DNA from: a virus
Lineage: Duplodnaviria; Heunggongvirae; Uroviricota; Caudoviricetes
DNA length: 24,534 bases
Virus record (IMG/VR): IMGVR_UViG_2548876935_000008
Reading direction: 5' to 3' (one strand)
Numbering within the stretch: the stretch's first letter is position 1; each line of letters starts with the position of its first letter. Below the pieces are notes generated by a model. That model saw only the letters and a program-made list of their open reading frames with translations, searched no databases and was not told the origin of the DNA. This document shows positions 9,037-17,211 of this stretch, one piece after another. The translations under genes were made by a program, and so were the position numbers.

Positions 9037-9052
9037 CAGGTTTTGTGCTCCA

Positions 9053-9886
9053 TCAGCAATTGGTCAGAGTGTCAGCGGGGGCGTTACCGCCTGTTGCACG
9101 CTGGCGGTAGTCCTGGCGGCTGTCTTCATGACTCAGCTTATTCACCAGTTCGTTAAAGGCGGTCTGCTGTGCCTGCAGGGCAGTCTCCAGCTCAGACAGA
9201 CGTTCTTCCTGCTCAGACAGGGATTTTTCGGTGCGTGCGCTCAGGTTCTGCTGCTCAGTGGCGACCAGCTCCACGGCCTTATGCACATCAGAGAACCGGG
9301 CGTCATCGGACTGCTCTTTTTTGGTGAACAGCGCCGTGACACGGGCAAACAGGGACGGTTTGTCATCCTGGATTTCTTCCAGTTCGATCACCGTTTCCTC
9401 TGCAGCGGTAAAGAGATTGGCAGGATTCTGCTTGCGGTTTGCCAGCGGGTTATGGGCTGCACTGGCGCTGAATGTCAGCATTTCAGTGCCCAGACTGGCA
9501 GGGTCATCAGTGGCAGCCAGGCCGACCAGGTAGGCTTTGCCCGTATCAGCGAACTTCGGGCTGACTTCCATAGAGGTGAATAATTTCTGGCCTTTTTTCA
9601 CCAGCTCCACCAGGGACTCCGTTGGCTCAACGTCGGCATACAGCGCCATCTTGCCTGCCAGCGGACCTTCCGTGATTTCTTCAGCAAACAGCGCCGTCAC
9701 CTTGCCGTAGCGGTTAAAGGTGCTGTCCGGCAGATAAGACTTGATGTGCTCAAGGTTAATCAGCGCGGTGTACACCGTCGGGTTGTAGCTGGCTGCCATC
9801 TGTTCCAGCCATTCACGCTGGATTTCGCGTCCGTCGGTGGTGGCACCTTCCACCCCGATGCGAAAACGCTTTACTTTCACTGTCAT
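9053..9886 (-). CDS. Capsid scaffolding protein (P2 gpO-like)
   Basis: 277 aa; MTVKVKRFRIGVEGATTDGREIQREWLEQMAASYNP... matches the gpO scaffold N-terminus. Divergent from P, as in P2. Confidence 0.85.
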   Translation of the reverse strand: MTVKVKRFRIGVEGATTDGREIQREWLEQMAASYNPTVYTALINLEHIKSYLPDSTFNRYGKVTALFAEEITEGPLAGKMALYADVEPTESLVELVKKGQKLFTSMEVSPKFADTGKAYLVGLAATDDPASLGTEMLTFSASAAHNPLANRKQNPANLFTAAEETVIELEEIQDDKPSLFARVTALFTKKEQSDDARFSDVHKAVELVATEQQNLSARTEKSLSEQEERLSELETALQAQQTAFNELVNKLSHEDSRQDYRQRATGGNAPADTLTNC

Positions 9887-9964
9887 GAGCCGTGCTCCGT
9901 TAGAAAAAACTTACTGGAGCCTTATGGTTGCGGTGATGGGGGCAGTGAAACAATGCGCGGTATT

Positions 9965-9982
9965 TGTACCGACAACCACACA
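9965..9982. promoter_or_regulatory. TGT-N12-ACA dyad (candidate late-activator site) in the divergent O/P promoter region
   Basis: Seen directly: TGTaccgacaaccacACA with flanking TTTGT/ACAAA symmetry. Centre about 55 bp upstream of the P start codon (10029) and about 87 bp from the O start (9886). Confidence 0.3.
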
Positions 9983-10028
9983 AACCGCAGGCGGGGAAAG
10001 CCTTCATTCAAGGCTGTAGGTTTGTGCC

Positions 10029-11795
10029 ATGAACACCACACTGACACCCGCAGATCTCGATCCCCGTCGGCAGGCCATGCTGCTGTACTTTCAGGGATAC
10101 CGCGTAGCCCGCATTGCTGAAATGCTGGGCGAGAAAGTTGCAACCGTTCACAGCTGGAAAAAACGCGACAAGTGGGGTGACTATGGGCCGCTGGATCAGA
10201 TGCAGCTCACCACCGCCGCACGCTACTGCCAGCTCATTATGAAGGAGCACAAAGAAGGGAAAGATGTCAAAGAGATTGACCTGCTGGCGCGCCAGTCGGA
10301 ACGCCACGCGCGGATCGGCAAGTTTAACAATGGCGGCAACGAAGCCGACTTAAACCCTAACGTCGCCAACCGCAACAAAGGCCCGCGCCGTCAGCCGGAA
10401 AAGAATGTCTTCACCGATGAACAGATTGAGAAGCTGGAAGAAATCTTCCATTCCTCCATGTTCAACTACCAGCGCCACTGGTGGGAAGCCGGAAAAACCA
10501 ACCGCATCCGCAATCTGCTGAAGTCACGCCAGATCGGCGCGACCTTTTACTTTGCCCGTGAAGCCCTGATTGACGCTCTGCTTACCGGACGTAACCAGAT
10601 TTTTCTTTCCGCCAGCAAGGCACAGGCCCACGTCTTCAAACAGTACATCATCGACTTTGCCAAAGAAGTGGAGGTGGAGCTGAAAGGCGATCCGATGGTG
10701 CTTCCCAACGGGGCCACACTGTATTTCCTCGGCACCAATGCCCGCACTGCCCAGAGTTACCACGGTAACCTGTATCTGGATGAATATTTCTGGATACCGA
10801 AATTCCAGGAGCTGCGCAAAGTGGCATCCGGTATGGCTATTCACAAAAAATGGCGACAAACCTATTTTTCCACGCCATCCAGCCTGACACACAGTGCTTA
10901 TCCGTTCTGGTCCGGTGCGCTGTTCAACCGTGGGCGCAACAAAGCCGATAAGGTGGACATCGACCTGTCCCACAACAATCTGGCCCCCGGCCTGCTGTGC
11001 GCAGACGGGCAATACCGCCAGATAGTCACCGTGGAAGATGCGGTGCGCGGCGGCTGTAACCTGTTCGACCTCGACCAGTTGCGCATGGAGTACAGCCCGG
11101 ACGAATACCAGAACCTGCTGATGTGTGAGTTCGTAGACGATCTCGCGTCCGTGTTCCCGCTCAGCGAGCTGCAGGCGTGCATGGTGGACAGCTGGGAAGT
11201 CTGGACCGACTTTCATGCACTGGCCCTGCGCCCGTTTGGCTGGCGCGAGGTGTGGATCGGTTATGACCCGGCAAAAGGTACGCAGAACGGCGACAGTGCC
11301 GGATGCGTTGTGGTGGCTCCGCCAGCCGTGCCGGGCGGTAAGTTCCGCATTCTTGAGCGTCACCAGTGGCGCGGGATGGACTTCCGCGCCCAGGCGGACG
11401 CCATCAAAAAACTGACCGAACAGTACAACGTGACCTATATCGGCATCGACTCGACCGGCGTCGGTCACGGGGTTTATGAGAACGTGAAAGCGTTCTTTCC
11501 TGCCGTCCGGGAGTTTGTCTACAACCCCAACGTTAAAAACGCGCTGGTACTCAAGGCCTACGACATTATCAGCCACCGCCGTCTGGAGTTTGACGCCGGG
11601 CACACCGACATTGCGCAATCATTTATGGCAATCCGTCGCGCCACCACCGCCAGCGGCAACCGCCCGACCTATGAAGCCAGCCGCAGCGAAGAAGCCAGCC
11701 ACGCCGATCTGGCCTGGGCAACGATGCACGCACTGTTTAACGAACCGCTGCAGGGCGAATCCGCCAATGCCAGCAATATTGTGGAGATTTTTTGA
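10029..11795 (+). CDS. Terminase large (ATPase) subunit (P2 gpP-like)
   Basis: 588 aa; length, position and sequence character match P2 gpP. Stop overlaps the Q start (ATGA). Confidence 0.9.
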   Translation: MNTTLTPADLDPRRQAMLLYFQGYRVARIAEMLGEKVATVHSWKKRDKWGDYGPLDQMQLTTAARYCQLIMKEHKEGKDVKEIDLLARQSERHARIGKFNNGGNEADLNPNVANRNKGPRRQPEKNVFTDEQIEKLEEIFHSSMFNYQRHWWEAGKTNRIRNLLKSRQIGATFYFAREALIDALLTGRNQIFLSASKAQAHVFKQYIIDFAKEVEVELKGDPMVLPNGATLYFLGTNARTAQSYHGNLYLDEYFWIPKFQELRKVASGMAIHKKWRQTYFSTPSSLTHSAYPFWSGALFNRGRNKADKVDIDLSHNNLAPGLLCADGQYRQIVTVEDAVRGGCNLFDLDQLRMEYSPDEYQNLLMCEFVDDLASVFPLSELQACMVDSWEVWTDFHALALRPFGWREVWIGYDPAKGTQNGDSAGCVVVAPPAVPGGKFRILERHQWRGMDFRAQADAIKKLTEQYNVTYIGIDSTGVGHGVYENVKAFFPAVREFVYNPNVKNALVLKAYDIISHRRLEFDAGHTDIAQSFMAIRRATTASGNRPTYEASRSEEASHADLAWATMHALFNEPLQGESANASNIVEIF

Positions 11796-12829
11796 TGGGA
11801 AAGAGTAAGAAGAACCGCGCTGCGGCGACGAATCAGATCCAGCTTAAAAGTCAAACTACAGCCGAAGCATTCAGCTTCGGCGATCCCGTTCCTGTTCTGG
11901 ACCGCCGAGAATTACTGGACTATGTGGAATGCGTACAGATGGACCGTTGGTATGAGCCGCCCGTCAGCTTTGACGGACTGGCGCGCACCTTCCGCGCTGC
12001 CGTGCATCACAGTTCCCCGATTGCAGTAAAGTGCAACATTCTGACCAGTACCTATATCCCTCACCCGCTGCTCAGCCAGCAGGCTTTTTCACGTTTTGTG
12101 CAGGACTACCTGGTATTTGGTAACGCCTACCTGGAGAAACGCACGAACCGCTTCGGTGAAGTTATCGCCCTTGAGCCTGCGCTGGCAAAATACACCCGAC
12201 GCGGGTTAGACCTAGATACCTACTGGTTTGTGCAATACGGTATGACAACCCAGCCGTATCAGTTCACGAAAGGCAGCATTTTTCATCTGATGGAACCGGA
12301 CATCAACCAGGAGATCTACGGCTTGCCCGGCTATCTTTCTGCCATTCCATCCGCCCTGCTCAACGAATCCGCCACGCTGTTCCGCCGTAAGTATTACATC
12401 AACGGCAGCCATGCAGGCTTCATCATGTACATGACCGACGCCGCGCAGAATCAGGAGGATGTGAACAACCTCCGCAACGCGATGAAAAGCGCCAAAGGTC
12501 CAGGCAACTTCCGCAACCTGTTTATGTACTCGCCTAACGGCAAAAAGGACGGGCTTCAGATCATTCCTCTGTCAGAAGTCGCGGCGAAGGATGAGTTTCT
12601 GAATATCAAAAATGTCAGTCGCGATGACATGATGGCAGCACACCGCGTACCGCCGCAAATGATGGGGATTATGCCGAATAATGTTGGGGGTTTTGGGGAT
12701 GTGGAGAAGGCGAGTCGAGTTTTTGTGCGAAATGAATTGAGGCCACTACAAAAGAGCCTATTAGAGCTGAACAACTGGTTAAAGGAGGATGTAATACATT
12801 TTGAGGATTATAACTTAGATATTCAATAA
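11792..12829 (+). CDS. Portal protein (P2 gpQ-like)
   Basis: 345 aa; length and position (after P, next to the cos side of the genome) match P2 gpQ. Confidence 0.9.
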   Translation: MMGKSKKNRAAATNQIQLKSQTTAEAFSFGDPVPVLDRRELLDYVECVQMDRWYEPPVSFDGLARTFRAAVHHSSPIAVKCNILTSTYIPHPLLSQQAFSRFVQDYLVFGNAYLEKRTNRFGEVIALEPALAKYTRRGLDLDTYWFVQYGMTTQPYQFTKGSIFHLMEPDINQEIYGLPGYLSAIPSALLNESATLFRRKYYINGSHAGFIMYMTDAAQNQEDVNNLRNAMKSAKGPGNFRNLFMYSPNGKKDGLQIIPLSEVAAKDEFLNIKNVSRDDMMAAHRVPPQMMGIMPNNVGGFGDVEKASRVFVRNELRPLQKSLLELNNWLKEDVIHFEDYNLDIQ

Positions 12830-12833
12830 TCTT

Positions 12834-12857
12834 AAAAACCTGCATATGCAGGTTTTT
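12834..12857. terminator. Bidirectional rho-independent terminator between convergent Q and the three-gene cassette
   Basis: AAAAA-CCTGCATATGCAGG-TTTTT: perfect palindromic stem flanked by an A-run and a T-run, so it reads as a hairpin plus U-tract on both strands. Confidence 0.6.
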
Positions 12858-12892
12858 ACATTATATAGTTATAAAACTAACAAAAATCATAT

Positions 12893-13558
12893 TCAAAGCT
12901 CTGAGTCTACAGGCTCATGATAAAGGTTTACAGGGTAGTGTATAACCTCATAATTAAGTTGACTAACAGTGTGAGTATGTTGACTGTAAAAAACCAATGG
13001 GTTTCTCTTACAAGGAGTTATCGAGATAGACTTACAAGCATGAATTCTTGGAGCCGATTTATCTAAATGAGCCTTCCACTTAGTCATCATTTCATTACAT
13101 TTTTTATTACGCGTATATATAATTAACCCACCACTTGCACTGTCTACAGTACCAGTGCTATATCGCTCAGTGAGTTGTGCATACCCTTTAAATAAATAAC
13201 TATATGAACCAGTGTGTTTTTTGGCCTCGCCATGCCAAGTAAATCTATTCAACTTTATTGTTATATCACAATGACCTCGTTGATTATTTTCATGATATGC
13301 TTCAATTCCCATATCTTTATTTTTTATATTTGCCAGTAAAATTAAAGTAAGCTGATCTTCTGTTAAATCAAAATTCAATTTATTTGAATTTTCCTCAATT
13401 GCCTGTACAGCAGAATCAAGCTCAATTCTTACAAACTGTTTGAAGTTCTCATACGACTGGAGAGCAAACCTAACGCGAGTAATAGAAGCATTGATACGCT
13501 GAAGAAAAATATCATTATCAATTTCAGCTAAACTCATTGGTGCAGACATTTTTAACAT
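12893..13558 (-). CDS. Hypothetical protein, cassette gene 3 (221 aa); possible PD-(D/E)xK-like nuclease motif
   Basis: AT-rich ORF; ATG overlaps the upstream stop (TGATG). Contains ...GHCDITIKLNRFTWHGEAKKH..., a D-x12-E-A-K arrangement reminiscent of restriction-endonuclease-fold active sites (inference only). Confidence 0.55.
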   Translation of the reverse strand: MLKMSAPMSLAEIDNDIFLQRINASITRVRFALQSYENFKQFVRIELDSAVQAIEENSNKLNFDLTEDQLTLILLANIKNKDMGIEAYHENNQRGHCDITIKLNRFTWHGEAKKHTGSYSYLFKGYAQLTERYSTGTVDSASGGLIIYTRNKKCNEMMTKWKAHLDKSAPRIHACKSISITPCKRNPLVFYSQHTHTVSQLNYEVIHYPVNLYHEPVDSEL

Positions 13559-13992
13559 CAGACAATATCCTTTAATTTAGATTCATCTAATGTAAAAAAA
13601 GGAAAGACGAAGGACTTATAGTCATACATAATCTCCCCTGTAAATGGGTTTACTAAAGATTGATTAATTTCAGCCTCTATAACATCTTCTAACTCAAGCT
13701 CAATAGGATCATGAAAATCATCAATAAACCAATAATTGAGTTTTAAAAACTCAACCTTTGGACTACAAAGAATTTGTATAGCTGGGTACACAACCTGCTC
13801 ATATGCTTCAGGTTGTATACATCCTTTATAACCATTAACGATACTAAATAAATCTTTATAACTCAGAGCTATATTAGGCGATTTCTTTGCTCTCACACCA
13901 ATTTCATCATACAAATAGCAAGCTAGCGCCCCTATATCAGGGCGCTCTGCACATATTTCTTTGATGATCTGGGGCATATCACCATCCTTCAT
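13558..13992 (-). CDS. Hypothetical acidic protein, cassette gene 2 (about 144 aa)
   Basis: ORF 13558..14004 as tracked uses a TTG; the in-frame ATG at 13992 is preceded by GGAG at good spacing. AT-rich; no recognisable motif. Confidence 0.55.
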   Translation of the reverse strand: MKDGDMPQIIKEICAERPDIGALACYLYDEIGVRAKKSPNIALSYKDLFSIVNGYKGCIQPEAYEQVVYPAIQILCSPKVEFLKLNYWFIDDFHDPIELELEDVIEAEINQSLVNPFTGEIMYDYKSFVFPFFTLDESKLKDIV

Positions 13993-14004
13993 TGCTGACT
14001 CCAA

Positions 14005-15111
14005 TTATAATATCAGCTTTGTGAGGGTTTCGAAATCATCTTTGGATATACATTTGCTTAATATAGCATAATTGACAGGAGAGCACCCACTACCACCTAA
14101 ATGTCTGCGTAATGTTCCTGGAATGATAAGCTCTACACTATCCGCCAATTGCAATTTTGGATTATTCCTATCTACTCTAATTCCAATACGATATAAACCA
14201 ATATTACCTACAGCTTTAATGCCCTCTTTATTAAACAGATCATCACGCAAGTCTTTCTTAGCCACATTTTTCTTTTCCTTATGAGTGGTTCCCTCATAAG
14301 TTAAAAATGACAAATCGAACACCTTATAACTTAAACTTGAATATGGCATTACATTTTGCTTGAAAATTGGCTCAATTAATGGATAAAAATCCTTTTCCGA
14401 TGAATTAAATTGATAACCTGCGCAATTATATAACTCACGAATAAAATTCGTTTTCGCAAAAACGATATTATCACCAACAACATTACCATTAGTATCAATT
14501 AATACATGGATTTTATTTGAAGCTGAATCTAATATACACACATCAAAACACTGACGTTTTTCTTTTCTCTTCGCAATGATTTCATCAAACTGTTTGTATG
14601 CTGCTAACTTTGACGGAGGGACTTTCTCTCTTACAACCAGCTCCCTGATAGATGAAAATACCAAAATAGACTGAGTATTTTGCTTAGAGTAATTAACAAG
14701 CTCAAGTTGATTTTTAATAGCATGCTGTAATTGAACATCATCAACAATCGTTTCGACTAATGATGTTGGTTGCTTCATCATATTCCATTGGAGAGCATAT
14801 CTATCATCAAGTAATTTAATTACTTGACTATCTACAGACAAACTAAATATTGCTTTTTCACCATAAACAACCTGCCCAAAGACTAAATCATTTACACTTG
14901 CAATGATTTTGTCAAATTTTTGCCTATCTTTCTTTTTAAAATCAATGAGGCTTTCTAGTATTTTGTCGTTTGTTGCTTCACGCCCTCTACCTGTAGGTAG
15001 CCCTAAAGAAGCAATAATTGGTCTGGCGATATGCCACGTAAAACGTTCAGTTAAGGCTAAGATCGACTTTAACTCAAAGTCAGAAAGCACCACTGGGACA
15101 CCACTTGTCAT
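14005..15111 (-). CDS. Hypothetical protein, cassette gene 1 (368 aa)
   Basis: Tracked ORF begins at a GTG (15120); the in-frame ATG at 15111 is preceded by AGGTG 6 nt upstream. AT-rich; no Walker A/P-loop seen; no recognised family. Confidence 0.6.
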   Translation of the reverse strand: MTSGVPVVLSDFELKSILALTERFTWHIARPIIASLGLPTGRGREATNDKILESLIDFKKKDRQKFDKIIASVNDLVFGQVVYGEKAIFSLSVDSQVIKLLDDRYALQWNMMKQPTSLVETIVDDVQLQHAIKNQLELVNYSKQNTQSILVFSSIRELVVREKVPPSKLAAYKQFDEIIAKRKEKRQCFDVCILDSASNKIHVLIDTNGNVVGDNIVFAKTNFIRELYNCAGYQFNSSEKDFYPLIEPIFKQNVMPYSSLSYKVFDLSFLTYEGTTHKEKKNVAKKDLRDDLFNKEGIKAVGNIGLYRIGIRVDRNNPKLQLADSVELIIPGTLRRHLGGSGCSPVNYAILSKCISKDDFETLTKLIL

Positions 15112-15271
15112 AACATGCACCTAGTCAACCCAAAAGCAATTGAAAATCGCTCTTGTCTTAATTTTTTCCATCAATATCTAACAAATTACCTTAATGTTGA
15201 AAAAGTTTGCAAGCCATTTGCGTCTAAAAAGTGACTTGACTCAATGTGTTACAAAGCTTAGCGAGCGCGCG

Positions 15272-15290
15272 CTCGTATCCCCGCCACGCC
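15272..15290 (-). other. Candidate cos site (cohesive-end region) of the P2/186-like phage
   Basis: Minus strand reads GGCGTGGCGGGGATACGAG. From memory, P2 and 186 cohesive ends begin GGCGAGGCGGGGAAAGCAC and GGCGTGGCGGGGAAAGCAT. Orientation relative to Q is as in P2. Adjacent perfect palindrome GCGAGCGCGCGCTCG at 15261..15275. Confidence 0.45.
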
Positions 15291-15339
15291 TGCCCGCTTT
15301 ATGTAGTAGTTTTCATGCAGGTGCATGATCTACGCAAAA

Positions 15340-15359
15340 GCCCGCCAGTTCTGGCGGGC
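15340..15359 (-). terminator. Rho-independent terminator downstream of the membrane-protein operon
   Basis: GCCCGCCAG-tt-CTGGCGGGC perfect stem; on the minus strand it is followed by TTTTGCG, just past the stop of the 280-aa ORF. Confidence 0.55.
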
Positions 15360-15407
15360 CTTAGCAAAAACGATCCTCAAACGATCATGCGATCTCATGC
15401 AGCATAG

Positions 15408-16250
15408 TCATGCACGATCATTTGACTCAGCATCTGCTGCACGCTTGCTGCGCGAAGATGCACTTTTACTACCAATCTTTCGACAGTTCTTTCTATCCCT
15501 GGCTTCATTTTCTTTAAATTTGTTATATGTCTCAGTATCAAAAAACGAAATTGTTTCAACCTCATCTTTTGGTATGAGCACACGGAAATCTTCGATATTA
15601 AGCCGAGACATTCCACTTATCACACCACTATCAAGATAATGTTGGTGATAGTTAGTCGTGATACTAATCGTTAGATCATCTTTATCCCGATATCCGCTTA
15701 ACATCGGGAGAAGTTCAAGGTGTTCTGAAAGCCCGTTTTCTAACGCCGGACAAGTAACAAGACCAACATAGATTTTGCGAGACGACAGAGTTGCTATGAT
15801 CGGAAACTGTCTTGCAGACGCTTCCATGAGTAATGATTCGAAAGCGTTATTACCCACAGCTTTAGCTAAGGCATCCCAGCGACGATCTCCACGTGATGTG
15901 CGTAACTTATTTCCAAAACCTGAAATCGCAGCGAGAACAATTGAAATCATAACCCATGCTATCTGTTTGATTTCATTTATTCTTTGAAGTTTGTCTTTCG
16001 ATGAAGACAACATGCCATTAAAACTGTCAGGTGTTAGATTCAAGGCATTAGCCAGCCAACGAAACCCTCCGCTGACGTTCAAAATAAAGGTGAAAAAACC
16101 GCCAAGGAGAAAAAAAACGATACCCCAGGCAGCCACAAAAAAATAAGCGTCCCAGCCGTTGGAACGCTTATATCGGTATCTTGTTGAAAGTGATAGGTTT
16201 ACATAAATAAAACCACTAACCAAAATCACTGCTAAAAGTAATGTTGCCAT
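15408..16250 (-). CDS. Hypothetical membrane protein (280 aa; about three N-terminal transmembrane helices plus a cytoplasmic domain)
   Basis: Hydrophobic segments MATLLLAVILVSGFIYV, FFVAAWGIVFFLLGGFFTFIL and IAWVMISIVLAAISGF; soluble C-terminal half of unknown fold. ATG overlaps the stop of the upstream 71-aa gene (TAATG). AT-rich. Confidence 0.6.
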   Translation of the reverse strand: MATLLLAVILVSGFIYVNLSLSTRYRYKRSNGWDAYFFVAAWGIVFFLLGGFFTFILNVSGGFRWLANALNLTPDSFNGMLSSSKDKLQRINEIKQIAWVMISIVLAAISGFGNKLRTSRGDRRWDALAKAVGNNAFESLLMEASARQFPIIATLSSRKIYVGLVTCPALENGLSEHLELLPMLSGYRDKDDLTISITTNYHQHYLDSGVISGMSRLNIEDFRVLIPKDEVETISFFDTETYNKFKENEARDRKNCRKIGSKSASSRSKRAADAESNDRA

Positions 16251-16465
16251 TATCTGGTTCTATTAGTTTTCTCTTTTACAGTGCTCGTTTTGATGCCTTC
16301 AAGCTTATCCATCTGTGCCTTGATGGCATCCATTGCTCTTTTGTTAGACAAGTCTACGGACACAAAACCATCTTTACTAAGATTGAGTTTGTCCTGGTTC
16401 TCTTTAAGAACCCTTGCCAGACGTTCAACTGGGTTACCCAGGCTAAATGCGGCGATGCTTGACAT
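16250..16465 (-). CDS. Hypothetical small protein (71 aa), translationally coupled to the membrane protein
   Basis: ATG at 16465 preceded by a strong Shine-Dalgarno (AAGGGGGAG); hydrophilic, Lys-rich; no recognised motif. Confidence 0.5.
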   Translation of the reverse strand: MSSIAAFSLGNPVERLARVLKENQDKLNLSKDGFVSVDLSNKRAMDAIKAQMDKLEGIKTSTVKEKTNRTR

Positions 16466-16735
16466 AACTCCCCCTTTTCACATGGCGCGGAAGTCTACAC
16501 TCCGACGCCTACAACCTCAACAGATTATCTTTAAAATTTAGACAACAATATCATCTGTTGATTTCGTTACTTAAACTTAAGTTCAATGCGCTCGATCATG
16601 CAAGTGGTTTCTTAAGAACTGTTAATTTCCTGGCATATATAGTGGTTAAGGTAACAAATTGACACTAACGCCTCGCATAGCTCGTTGTTCAACCTTGCTG
16701 ACGCCAGAAGCAAGTTCAGACGCCAGCAACGTTTC

Positions 16736-16969
16736 TTAATGCAGCCAGCTGTCGTCTTCCCACACCTTCTGCATAATTTTCATCACTTGCTTCCTTTCTT
16801 CGTCCAGTTGCAGTCCAGTCAGTTCCACACCGTTAGAGCTACCTTTGCGGATGCGAATTACCGTTTTTGGATATAGGGGGCGCAGATTGCGGTAAAGCTC
16901 GGATTCAAGGGCGTCCAGGGTAGACTGGCTAATCTTCTGCTCTTTATCGATCATTATTTCAATGCGCAT
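16736..16969 (-). CDS. dinI: DinI-family protein (DNA-damage-inducible protein I-like)
   Basis: ORF 16736..17041; start chosen at ATG 16969 (preceded by GAGGTGA). MRIEIMIDKEQKISQSTLDALESELYRNLRPLYPKTVIRIRKGSSNGVELTGLQLDEERKQVMKIMQKVWEDDSW resembles E. coli DinI (MRIEVTI...AL..EL.RR...FPD....V.......L.V.G...E.K..I..ILQE.WE..D.W). Confidence 0.7.
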   Translation of the reverse strand: MRIEIMIDKEQKISQSTLDALESELYRNLRPLYPKTVIRIRKGSSNGVELTGLQLDEERKQVMKIMQKVWEDDSWLH

Positions 16970-16979
16970 AAAAGTCACC

Positions 16980-17168
16980 TCAGCTGATGACATCCATTGA
17001 GCGGTTGTATTCGTGGGTTCTGATTTTTGCCATGAGTTCATCTGTCAGTTCAGAAACCCACTGCAAAGCCAGCCCCTTCTCTTCATCACTACACTCACTA
17101 GCCGCTACAAGCTTAAGAAAAAAATCAATGCGCTGGAGCTTCAAAGACTCCAAAAAATAGTCCTGCAT
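16980..17168 (-). CDS. Small SOS-regulated protein, putative Tum-like antirepressor (62 aa)
   Basis: ORF 16980..17270; start chosen at ATG 17168 (MQDYFLESLKLQ...), preceded by AGGAGGAAAG. Sits directly downstream of a LexA box and upstream of a DinI-like gene, the arrangement of the 186 tum operon. Function inferred from context only. Confidence 0.45.
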   Translation of the reverse strand: MQDYFLESLKLQRIDFFLKLVAASECSDEEKGLALQWVSELTDELMAKIRTHEYNRSMDVIS

Positions 17169-17211
17169 CTTTCCTCCTATGACACCACAAGCAATACTGT
17201 ATGTACAACCA

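Noticed and set aside
9950-9967. ACA-N12-TGT (reverse arrangement) overlapping the O/P dyad
   Set aside because: It has the opposite half-site order to the TGT-N12-ACA late-promoter element, so only the 9965..9982 element is reported.
10524-11618. 364-aa ORF on the minus strand inside the terminase ATPase gene
   Set aside because: Antisense shadow ORF within a well-supported GC-rich gene (gpP); arginine/valine/glycine-rich composition typical of spurious reverse-frame ORFs; no start-site signals.
12893-15111. Three-gene cassette as an OLD- or Tin-type system (the native P2 cargo)
   Set aside because: No Walker A/P-loop (GxxxxGK[ST]) ATPase motif or TOPRIM-like features are visible in any of the three proteins, and the sizes do not fit P2 Old (about 590 aa).
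15325-15639. 104-aa plus-strand ORF spanning the region next to cos
   Set aside because: Runs through the terminator hairpin and antisense into the 3' end of the membrane-protein gene; no convincing start context.
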